This document shows positions 38,501 to 45,305 of a DNA stretch of 64,000 nt, piece by piece. A program made the position numbers and the translations under genes. Source of the stretch: Planctomycetota bacterium (GTDB lineage Bacteria; Planctomycetota; Brocadiia; JAADGH01); assembly GCA_040755855.1 (NCBI GenBank), contig JBFMAD010000005.1, positions 160,001-224,000 of the forward strand, given 5' to 3'. The notes under the pieces were generated by a model, which was not told the origin of the DNA, ran no database searches, and saw nothing but the letters and a program-made list of their open reading frames with translations. The stretch's first letter is position 1. Each line of letters opens with the position of its first letter.

Positions 38501-39910
38501 GGGACTCAGGTCCACGAACTTTTTGCTGATCTTGCCTTTGCCCGAATCCACGGTGATTTCATCAATCGAGGAGGTAACTAGCGTTCCCGTAATGCCGGCA
38601 AGAGTAAGCCGTTTGCCTTGGAGAGATGGCACGGTACCCTCCGCCGCCGTCCAGATGTCTTGCAGCACTGCGGCGTCGTCGCGGAGCAACTGAATCCGAT
38701 CCTTATGCAACTCGAACTTCGGGTCCTGGAGCATCTCATCCAGCTTGGCGAGGGCGGGGCGATAAGCCCGCTTGAACATCATGTCCTTGACTTGCTGGAT
38801 CAAGATGTCGCACTCGCGGTCCCGCGCCCCGAGCGATGTCTCGTTCAATTCCGCGATAAGTTCCTGTGCGCGCGCCGTCAGATCATCAAGCCCCATCTCC
38901 ATCAGCCGCTCGTAAATGGTGCGGGCCTCGTCGTATTTCTTGGCCTCGACAAGTTTCGCGGCCTGGGCGACTTGCTCGTCAAAGAGCCGTTGCGGCACGG
39001 CCTTATAGCCCTCGATGTACCGCTGAATGGCCTGGTCCCATCGGTCTACACGGAGTTCGGAGGGGAAATCGTCAAAGACCGCGAGGGCCTGGGCGTACTT
39101 CTTCTCGCCCAGCAACGCATCCCCCCGCGCCTTTCGCTCGTTGAAGGCCCTCAGTGCGTCAGGTTCGCACCGCTTGTCAATGGCTGCGATGATCTCTCGG
39201 ACGCGGCCGGCCTCGATGCTGGTCGGATCGTGTGCAATCGCCTCATTCAGCCGTAAAATGGCGGAGCGATATAGGCCCGGGTTGTCTGCGGCGAAGCGCT
39301 CGGCGGCGGCAAGCGCATCGAGAAATTCTTTTCGTGTGTCCTGCGGCGGCTCGGCCACATCAATGGTCTTCTTCTCTGCAACGTCTTCGATCTCAATGAC
39401 GTGCTTGGCAGGCGGGGGGGGGACGGCCGTGTCGGTTGCTGGAGAGGCGGGGGGGTGTTTCTGCGGCCCTGGCGCCACGAGGAGCACTACGCCGACGCCT
39501 ATCAACACAAGCACAACAGAGACGGCTATGGCGATGATCGTCTTCATCGGCAGGGCCGGACGAGTTGCCATTGTCGGAACATGCGGTTCTTCTTCCTCTT
39601 CTTCCTCCTCCTCCTCCTCCTCCTCTACTTCTTCCTCGTCTCCTTCGGCTTGTTCCTTGTCCTCTTTTTCGGTTTCAGTGTTGTGTTTTTTCGCAGTTTG
39701 ATCCTGGTCGGCCATTTCGTCAAAGATCTGCTCGGCCTCATCGTGGGTGATGTAGCCCTGTTCGACGAGGATCTCCGGCAGCGTAACATTGCGATTGGTT
39801 TCGCGGACCTCGTCGAGAAGCTCCTCGCACTCCTCGATCTGTTGCGGAGTGACGATGCGCAGTCGGAGGGCCGTATTTGCGAAAAGGCGATCTTGGCGTC
39901 TCAGGGGCAC
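35531..39910 (-). CDS. Single-pass membrane protein: degenerate MshEN-like N-terminus, poly-Glu linker, TM, helical region, two FGE-sulfatase (SUMF1/CLec-fold) domains, C-terminal degenerate DUF1570/peptidase-MA-like domain
   Basis: Two copies of GxFxMG...EVxNExYKKF...RLPTEAEWEKAARG...YPWG...MAGN..EW...RVVRGG.W...GFRCA; TM IIAIAVSVVLVLIGVGVVLLVA; GTG start with GAGG SD. Confidence 0.85.
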   Translation of the reverse strand: MPLRRQDRLFANTALRLRIVTPQQIEECEELLDEVRETNRNVTLPEILVEQGYITHDEAEQIFDEMADQDQTAKKHNTETEKEDKEQAEGDEEEVEEEEEEEEEEEEEPHVPTMATRPALPMKTIIAIAVSVVLVLIGVGVVLLVAPGPQKHPPASPATDTAVPPPPAKHVIEIEDVAEKKTIDVAEPPQDTRKEFLDALAAAERFAADNPGLYRSAILRLNEAIAHDPTSIEAGRVREIIAAIDKRCEPDALRAFNERKARGDALLGEKKYAQALAVFDDFPSELRVDRWDQAIQRYIEGYKAVPQRLFDEQVAQAAKLVEAKKYDEARTIYERLMEMGLDDLTARAQELIAELNETSLGARDRECDILIQQVKDMMFKRAYRPALAKLDEMLQDPKFELHKDRIQLLRDDAAVLQDIWTAAEGTVPSLQGKRLTLAGITGTLVTSSIDEITVDSGKGKISKKFVDLSPDDILLIAKQGEKKDTALGNLNGGIFLLYGGSLKAAEKRLLEAQSEGKEVSRYLRLLAVRKSEHEAQTRKGPTRSNPPSGMVHIQAGEFLMGSSSGPPDERPMRRVFLDAYFIDMYEVKNEDYKKFVDAAKHAPPPYWLNGTFPDGKSQHPVVMVSWEDANAYAAWAGKRLPTEAEWEKAARGDDGRAYPWGNTYRSGKCQGAEQVSGQTFKDRNAFTAWFAEWQKLKKNELTLRDGGATVQVSTYRSGASPYGICNMAGNVREWTTDFYDEKYYATAPALNPPGPAKGELRVVRGGSWQSISTGGVESIRTPDREGLLPFEKRPDVGFRCAMDAPVEEVEYPLNKFENALGIQEPSAPEMEDALPPVVEAPEGMVYVPEGPFTMGGDAEEGAQNEAPSHRVHLSAYFIDAHEVTNEEYKKFLDETKHEAPAHWQNGAYAEGRERHPVTGVTYADAVVYAKWARKRLPTEAEWEKAARGTAGRRYPWGDDFDPSRAQCAERAAGTPIASLKDRYEWYEKFSGSDEGKKLIAQGGATAPVASMEKGNSPFGCSDMAGNAAEWVSDWFNEEYYEKAPELDPQGPNAGEMRVVRGGAWDGIGEGAINSLRCADRESRLPTDADIRIGFRCAMSAQQTLTQAGTPEKEPAAQEALDEAVEKLKALSDKATHSLARKKDLFTRESKHFIIHSTFTPEETREKVRYIESLYERMCKVMGVPSEVPIWRGKCVIHLFADQREYVLFSLDIHNMARADRTMGYVFRQDGWTCIVAAFPHIEIPDKTGKTTDQWKNECARLQEQAAERFKSTVVSNIIHAFLWSCKSGAPMKPWILQGLVQHFEYAEFPDAKTWQTRRQQALDAIAKWDKQNAEQASHKPGEFFKKILAATDLDDEQRALTWSAVTFMVQKEPKKFIVFFDLLKQEQADAEAMLRAFGSSKLVAEYDEEARKSAPDASRLQSLLDRAIGSFETQWLENMRKMIKDEDINKTKPAKGGGG
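39588..39638 (-). repeat. GAG/GAA trinucleotide tract encoding poly-Glu
   Basis: + strand ...tcttcttcctcttcttcctcctcctcctcctcctcctctacttcttcctc; protein EEEVEEEEEEEEEEEEE. Confidence 0.85.
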
Positions 39911-39950
39911 CGTCAGGACCTCGTTGGAAACACCTGGACAGATTTACTTT

Positions 39951-39979
39951 ATTATCCTCGGCGTGCCATCGAGTGTCAA
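39951..39979 (-). promoter_or_regulatory. Sigma70-type promoter for the exported-protein operon
   Basis: Minus strand TTGACA (39979-39974) - 17 nt - GATAAT (39956-39951), about 40 nt upstream of the GTG. Confidence 0.7.
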
Positions 39980-40093
39980 GGCGAAAGTGGCCGACGGGTT
40001 TTGGGCATGTTGCCGAAATGGAATCGGGCAAACGGGCGCTCCCCTACAACGACTTTTCACTGGGATTTGTCAGATGCTTAGCCGGTAGGTTAT

Positions 40094-40111
40094 CGGTGAA
40101 GTTAATCACAG
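40094..40111. promoter_or_regulatory. CRP/Rex-like palindromic box upstream of the ATPase promoter
   Basis: GGTGA-agttaa-TCACA (40095-40110), 9/10 match to TGTGA-N6-TCACA with an AT-rich core. Confidence 0.4.
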
Positions 40112-40132
40112 GCTGATTTGGCAAATCCGATC

Positions 40133-40161
40133 TTGACAACATAGGTGGGTGGTGCTATATT
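40133..40161 (+). promoter_or_regulatory. Sigma70-type promoter for the V/A-ATPase operon
   Basis: TTGACA (40133-38) - 17 nt - TATATT (40156-61) with extended -10 TG. Confidence 0.75.
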
Positions 40162-40203
40162 TCACTTTTTGTTCGCTTGGGCGGTGGACGGTTTGCGGAA
40201 CAA

Positions 40204-40422
40204 ATGACCAAGAAATCGAGCGGACTATACCGAGGCCTTGCCTTGGTCGGCAGCCTGTCCTGGACATTTGTCGTGTGCACGGTTTTGTGCGCCTTCCTGG
40301 GGACGTTCCTGGACAATACGTTTCGGACCCCGCCTGTTTTTCTATGGATCGGCGTCGCGGTTGGCGTTGGCGTGAGCTCCTGGCAGTGTGGCAAGCTCAT
40401 ACACAAGAGGATTCGAGAATAG
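40204..40422 (+). CDS. AtpZ/AtpI ('ATPase gene 1')-like small 2-TM protein
   Basis: 72 aa; ...LALVGSLSWTFVVC..LGTFLDNTFRTPPVFLWIG..G matches the G-x-x-LD-x-x-F-x-T-x-P pattern of the family; first gene of the ATPase operon. Confidence 0.7.
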   Translation: MTKKSSGLYRGLALVGSLSWTFVVCTVLCAFLGTFLDNTFRTPPVFLWIGVAVGVGVSSWQCGKLIHKRIRE

Positions 40423-40429
40423 AAGAGAT

Positions 40430-40747
40430 ATGTGCGCCAAAATTGTCGAGCAGATCCTGAACATCGAAGTGGAGGCAGATCGGATTATCGCCGAGGCGGA
40501 GGCCGAGGCAAAACGCATTCACGCCGAGGCAGAGGATAAGATAGCATCTCTCCGCAAGACTGCTGCCGCCGAAAGCGAATCCGCCTCCGCGAGGCAGCAA
40601 GCCGAATTCGAGCAATCCTGGAAAAACGAAGAAGATGCGCTGCGGAGCGAATTCAGCGCCGCGCGTGACCATATCCAGAAAACCGGGGCGGCGCGTCTAT
40701 CCTCCGCAATCGCATGGGTGGTGAAGAAGGTGACGGACTCGCGTTAG
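40430..40747 (+). CDS. V/A-type ATPase peripheral-stalk subunit G/H
   Basis: Coiled-coil IVEQILNIEVEADRIIAEAEAEAKRI; immediately before subunit I. Confidence 0.8.
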   Translation: MCAKIVEQILNIEVEADRIIAEAEAEAKRIHAEAEDKIASLRKTAAAESESASARQQAEFEQSWKNEEDALRSEFSAARDHIQKTGAARLSSAIAWVVKKVTDSR

Positions 40748-40748
40748 C

Positions 40749-42758
40749 ATGGCTATAGACCGCGTCAAAAAGCTATATGCTCTCGCACCCGTTGCTCAGA
40801 CGGAGAGACTCCTTGCCCGGCTGCATGAGTTGCGGATGGTTCACCTATCAGACTCTGCGTCGGAGTTGGGGGAGGAAGGGGCGACATTGCGACGAATCCA
40901 TCGCTCCGCGGCGGGGTTCGAGGCGGATGCGAAGAAACTGGACTACATTCTCACCCATTTTGAGCGATTCGCGCCGCGCCCCCGAAGCCTGGCCGAGAAT
41001 TTTGTCTCCGTTCCACTCCTTGTCAGCCGGCAGCAGGTTCAGGAACTCCTGGATTCGTTCAGATTTCAGGAGATGTATTCCCAGGTCCATAAGTTATCGG
41101 AACAGTATCTGTTGCGGGAGAAGAAGGAGGCGGACTTGCGGGCCGAACTAGCTCTCCTGCAACCAATGGCCGACGCGGAGTTCAAGCCCGGTGATCTGTC
41201 GAACCTTAAGTACACAACCATCCATGTAGGCATCGCGCCGTTGGAACAGTGGAAGCGACTGGAGACCGATCCGCGAACCCGAGAGGTAATGGCTTGGGAA
41301 GCAACTCCTGTGTCGTCAGGGCGCGTTCGCCTTATCGTTGCCCACCTGCATGCCCGATCTGAGGATGCCCTTGAACTCCTCAAATCCGCCGATTTCGCCG
41401 GAATCGCGCTGCCGGCACTTGATAAGACGCCCGGCGAGCGCATCGCGGAAATTGGCGAGGCAATGGAGGGGATACATCGGGAGAAGGAAAACATCTCGCA
41501 CGCCATCGCTTCCTTGGCGCAAAACCGCGAGAAGGTCCAAATCATCTACGCCCACTACCTAAGCGAGACGCAGAAGGCTGAAGCGTCGGGGAGGCTTCTC
41601 GGCTCCCCTCGCATCGCCGTGATGAGCGGCTACGTGAGGGCAAAGGACGCGGAGGGCCTTTCCGCCGCCGTGACGAAGGAGTTTCCATCCGTCTCGCTGA
41701 TTCTCGAAGACCCAACGCCCACGGACAATGTGCCGGTTTCGATCAGCCTGAACCGTTTCCTGAAGCCGGTTCAATTGCTGGTCAATATGTTCGGCCTGCC
41801 GAACTATTTCGGCTTCGATCCGACGCCGTACATTGCCATCACGTTTCTGGTGTTCTTTGGCATCTGCTTTGGCGACGTCCTGTATGGTCTATTGCTGCTG
41901 GCCATATCGGCGTTTCTGATGCACAAGGCGGGCCGTCATGCCGGGCTGAAAAATTTCTGCGCCTTGTTCGTCTATGCTGGCATCAGCACGATGATCTTTG
42001 GCGCCCTCACCGGGAGTTGGGCTTCGGACCTGGCCGATCCCAAGTATCTCGGGGAAGGCAATTTCTTGCTCAAGCTCAGAAACATATTCTATGTTTTCGA
42101 TCCCCTGGCGAACACCATCTATGCCCTGCTCATAGCGCTTGGGATTGGAATCTGCAATCAGTTCTACGGGATCATCCTGTTGATGTATCGCTGCATCCGC
42201 CAGGGCCGGATTGCCGATGCAATCTTTGACGGGGGATCATGGCTCATCCTGCTGCCGGGGTTCATTATCACGGCGGCGCGGCTGTTCGTGGCCGTCCCAA
42301 ACGGGCTGGCGACAATGGGCGTGGTTCTCTTCGCGGTTGGCGCCATCATGCTGATCGTAACGCAGGGGCGCAACGAGCAGACCTTCGCCGCAAAGGCGAT
42401 CACCGGCCTGGTCAGTCTCTACGGCATCCTGGGGTCCTATGGCTGCACCAGCTTCCTGGGCGATGTGCTCTCCTATTCCCGCCTGCTGGCGCTGGGGCTG
42501 ACGACTTCGATTGTGGGAATGGCCTTCAATATCATCGCGGGACTACTCGGCGACATCTCGTGCGTCGGGGGTGTGTTGTTTGTGCTTATGGTTATATTCG
42601 GGCATACGTTCAATTTTGCCATGAGCATTCTCGGCGCATTTGTTCACCCGGCGCGTTTGATCTTTCTGGAATTCTTCAGCAGATTCTATGAAGGAGGAGC
42701 TATATCGTTCAAGCCGTTCGGTTTCGGCACAACCGAGGTAAGCTTGATGGACTCGTAA
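40749..42758 (+). CDS. atpI: V/A-type ATPase subunit I (a)
   Basis: FFGICFGDVLYG, GDVLSYSRLLALGL, HPARLIFLEFFSRFYEG. Confidence 0.95.
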   Translation: MAIDRVKKLYALAPVAQTERLLARLHELRMVHLSDSASELGEEGATLRRIHRSAAGFEADAKKLDYILTHFERFAPRPRSLAENFVSVPLLVSRQQVQELLDSFRFQEMYSQVHKLSEQYLLREKKEADLRAELALLQPMADAEFKPGDLSNLKYTTIHVGIAPLEQWKRLETDPRTREVMAWEATPVSSGRVRLIVAHLHARSEDALELLKSADFAGIALPALDKTPGERIAEIGEAMEGIHREKENISHAIASLAQNREKVQIIYAHYLSETQKAEASGRLLGSPRIAVMSGYVRAKDAEGLSAAVTKEFPSVSLILEDPTPTDNVPVSISLNRFLKPVQLLVNMFGLPNYFGFDPTPYIAITFLVFFGICFGDVLYGLLLLAISAFLMHKAGRHAGLKNFCALFVYAGISTMIFGALTGSWASDLADPKYLGEGNFLLKLRNIFYVFDPLANTIYALLIALGIGICNQFYGIILLMYRCIRQGRIADAIFDGGSWLILLPGFIITAARLFVAVPNGLATMGVVLFAVGAIMLIVTQGRNEQTFAAKAITGLVSLYGILGSYGCTSFLGDVLSYSRLLALGLTTSIVGMAFNIIAGLLGDISCVGGVLFVLMVIFGHTFNFAMSILGAFVHPARLIFLEFFSRFYEGGAISFKPFGFGTTEVSLMDS

Positions 42759-42807
42759 ACGTCGGATAATCCTTTCTACGCGGTTGAAGACTGATTCAGG
42801 AGGAAAA

Positions 42808-43371
42808 ATGGAGAAGTTCTTGTTGGCGTATTTCATTCAGACGGGTGTGGGCTGGGCGGTTGTCGGCGCTATCGCCGCCATCATGCTGGGCGGCCTCGGA
42901 TCGGCCCAGGGGATCAGGATATCCGCATCGCAGGCGGCGGGGGTCATGTCGGAGAAGCCGGAGTTGTTTGGTCGGCTCCTGGTTATCATGGCCCTGCCCG
43001 GCACGCAGGGATTCTACTCCTTTATCATCGCCGTGCTCATCGCGCTGCGCACAGGCGTGATTGCGGGAGAGCCGTTGGTCACTCCGGTCGCAGGGCTGAG
43101 TCTCCTGGCGATCGGTATCTGTGCGGGCGTCGTCGAGTGGCGCAGCGCCATCTACCAGGGCCAGACTTCCGCGGCCGCGATCAACTTGGTGGCCAAAAAG
43201 CCGGAGGAGTCGGGCCGCGCCATCCTCCTGCCCGCCCTGGTCGAGACCTATGCGGTTGTCGCGCTGTTGGGCGCGATTCTCTTTACCTTGTGGGTGACCC
43301 CGCCGGGCGCGATGAAACTGCCCGAACTGGACCTCAACAGGCCCGCCGCAACGGCCACACAGTCCAAGTAA
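42808..43371 (+). CDS. atpK: V/A-type ATPase subunit K (4-TM c subunit, Na+-type)
   Basis: LPGTQGFY, AIYQG, LVETYA; AGGAGG SD before ATG 42808. Confidence 0.95.
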   Translation: MEKFLLAYFIQTGVGWAVVGAIAAIMLGGLGSAQGIRISASQAAGVMSEKPELFGRLLVIMALPGTQGFYSFIIAVLIALRTGVIAGEPLVTPVAGLSLLAIGICAGVVEWRSAIYQGQTSAAAINLVAKKPEESGRAILLPALVETYAVVALLGAILFTLWVTPPGAMKLPELDLNRPAATATQSK

Positions 43372-43385
43372 CAAGAGATTTAGAT

Positions 43386-43979
43386 ATGGAACGCATCCGT
43401 AGCGCTGTCATAGCCGAGGCGAAGGCCAAGGCCGAGTCCATCGCGAACAAAGCCAAGACCGAGGCCGAAAGCAGACTCCAATCCGCGCAGGCGGAAATCG
43501 CCGCCGAAACAAAGCGGCTTGCCGACGAGTCGCGCGCCAGTTGCGACGAGGAACACCGGCAGCGAACCGGCCGCCTGAAGGCCGGCCTCCGTGTGGAGTT
43601 GCTCGTCGCAAAGAGCGAACTCATCCGAAAGGTCTTTCAGGAGGCGCTGAAGACCCTTGCCAACCTGCCACGGGAGGAGTATCTCCGCCTGATGGGCAGG
43701 TGGCTGGAAGATGCAGGCGCAGAGGCTGGAGGCGAGATTGTCGCCAACGAACGTGACCTTGGATTGTTCCGCAACGGCTTTCTGGATAAAGTCAACGCAT
43801 CAAGGCCGACGGATGGCAAGTTCACGTTGGCGCAAGAGCCTTTGTCCGTCGCCGGCGGCTTTGTTCTTCGACGCAAGGGCTTTGAGATTGACATGCGTTT
43901 GGAATCGCAATTGGCCATGCTCAAGGATGAGGCGCTGCCGGAGATTGCGAAGATTCTTTTCGGTGGGGAGGCGCCCTGA
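43386..43979 (+). CDS. atpE: V/A-type ATPase subunit E
   Basis: N-terminal coiled coil, GGFVL, EIAKILF; start moved to ATG 43386. Confidence 0.88.
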   Translation: MERIRSAVIAEAKAKAESIANKAKTEAESRLQSAQAEIAAETKRLADESRASCDEEHRQRTGRLKAGLRVELLVAKSELIRKVFQEALKTLANLPREEYLRLMGRWLEDAGAEAGGEIVANERDLGLFRNGFLDKVNASRPTDGKFTLAQEPLSVAGGFVLRRKGFEIDMRLESQLAMLKDEALPEIAKILFGGEAP

Positions 43980-44962
43980 TGAGCCGCGAGGACTGGTGCT
44001 ACGTCAGCGGGCTTGTGGCCGCCTTGGAGACGCGCCTGCTCCAGCCCGGCTTCTTCGACCAGCTTTTGAATGCTGCCTCAGAGGAGGACCTGCTGGTTTA
44101 TCTGGGCGATACCGAACTTGAGGAGGAATTTGAAGATTTGCCGGACCTCGCCGATGCCGAAGTGCGCATCGAGCGTTTCCTTCGAACAAGGCTCATGGAC
44201 GTCCGATCCTTCTGCCCTGAGGCGTCCGTTGTTGACATGGTTTTCGCGGAGGCGGATTTCCTGAATTTCAAGGCCGTTGGCAAGTCTGCACTCCTTGGCA
44301 TCGAGGAACCCTTCAGCGCCGCGGGGTCCATTCCACAGGATAGATTCCGTCGGATATGGGAGGACGGCGAGAGTGATGGCGTCATGTGGGACGAATTGGC
44401 CAAAGAGGTGAAGACCAGGATCGAGGAAATGGACGACAAACCCTTCGCCATTGATCTCATCGTGGATAAAGCCCATCTGCGGTTCATTGAAAACTGCGCG
44501 GAACGGCTCGAAAGCCCGCTCGCCACTAACTATGCGCGGCTGTACTGCGCATGGAAAAAGGCGACTGTACTCTACAGGGCAAGGACCGGCCGCACGTCGG
44601 CGGCGCAAGTGGCTTCGCTTTTCCTTGACGAGAAGGATGCGTGGCTGCGCCCCATCCTGAACGGGGCGGAGAAGGACATGATGAACGCCCTCCGGTCGGC
44701 GCTTTCGGGTAGGGTTTTCGAGGCGTTTCAAAAGGCGCCGCAGGCAGAGAAGGTGTTTGTGCTCGAAGACGCCGGCGGGAAAGACGTAATGTCCACAGTG
44801 CGAGAGGCCAAGGGCTTCGCCTACGGTCCCGAACCTGTGCTGGGATATGTGTGCGGCCTTGTGTCGGAAGCCGCCAACCTCAAGTTGGCTGTGGGCAGCG
44901 TGCTCAACAGGCTCCCCACCGAGCGTGTCCGCCCGAAGTTGAGGGCCGTTTATGTCCAGTAA
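43979..44962 (+). CDS. atpC: V/A-type ATPase subunit C (d)
   Basis: YVSGLVAALETRLL, GPEPVLGY..E..NLK, KLRAVYV. Confidence 0.88.
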   Translation: MSREDWCYVSGLVAALETRLLQPGFFDQLLNAASEEDLLVYLGDTELEEEFEDLPDLADAEVRIERFLRTRLMDVRSFCPEASVVDMVFAEADFLNFKAVGKSALLGIEEPFSAAGSIPQDRFRRIWEDGESDGVMWDELAKEVKTRIEEMDDKPFAIDLIVDKAHLRFIENCAERLESPLATNYARLYCAWKKATVLYRARTGRTSAAQVASLFLDEKDAWLRPILNGAEKDMMNALRSALSGRVFEAFQKAPQAEKVFVLEDAGGKDVMSTVREAKGFAYGPEPVLGYVCGLVSEAANLKLAVGSVLNRLPTERVRPKLRAVYVQ

Positions 44963-45290
44963 GATTGTTGCCATAGGGCCAAAGGATGTGATTTCGTGCT
45001 TTGCCTCGATTGGGGCGGAATTGCGGGTTACAAAGGATTCGCGGGAGCTGTCGGCCGCCATCGAGAATGCGTCCCGCCAGACCGACCTGGCCCTCGTTCT
45101 GGTTCCCGAACCCAACGCTGTGGAGTGCCGCGGCGCAATCAAGGCGTTTCGCGCCGAGTCGCAGGCGGTTATGCTCCTCCTGCCTACGTCCGCCGGGGGA
45201 CCTGACCTCGCGATCGAGGAGATCGGCAAAGAAATTGAAAAGGCCGTGGGCATGAATCTATTGAAGACCGAATCATCGTCGAATCCATGA
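44952..45290 (+). CDS. atpF: V/A-type ATPase subunit F
   Basis: KIVAIG...FASIG; IEKAVGMNL. Confidence 0.88.
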   Translation: MSSKIVAIGPKDVISCFASIGAELRVTKDSRELSAAIENASRQTDLALVLVPEPNAVECRGAIKAFRAESQAVMLLLPTSAGGPDLAIEEIGKEIEKAVGMNLLKTESSSNP

Positions 45291-45305
45291 AAAAAGGTAG
45301 GTTTC

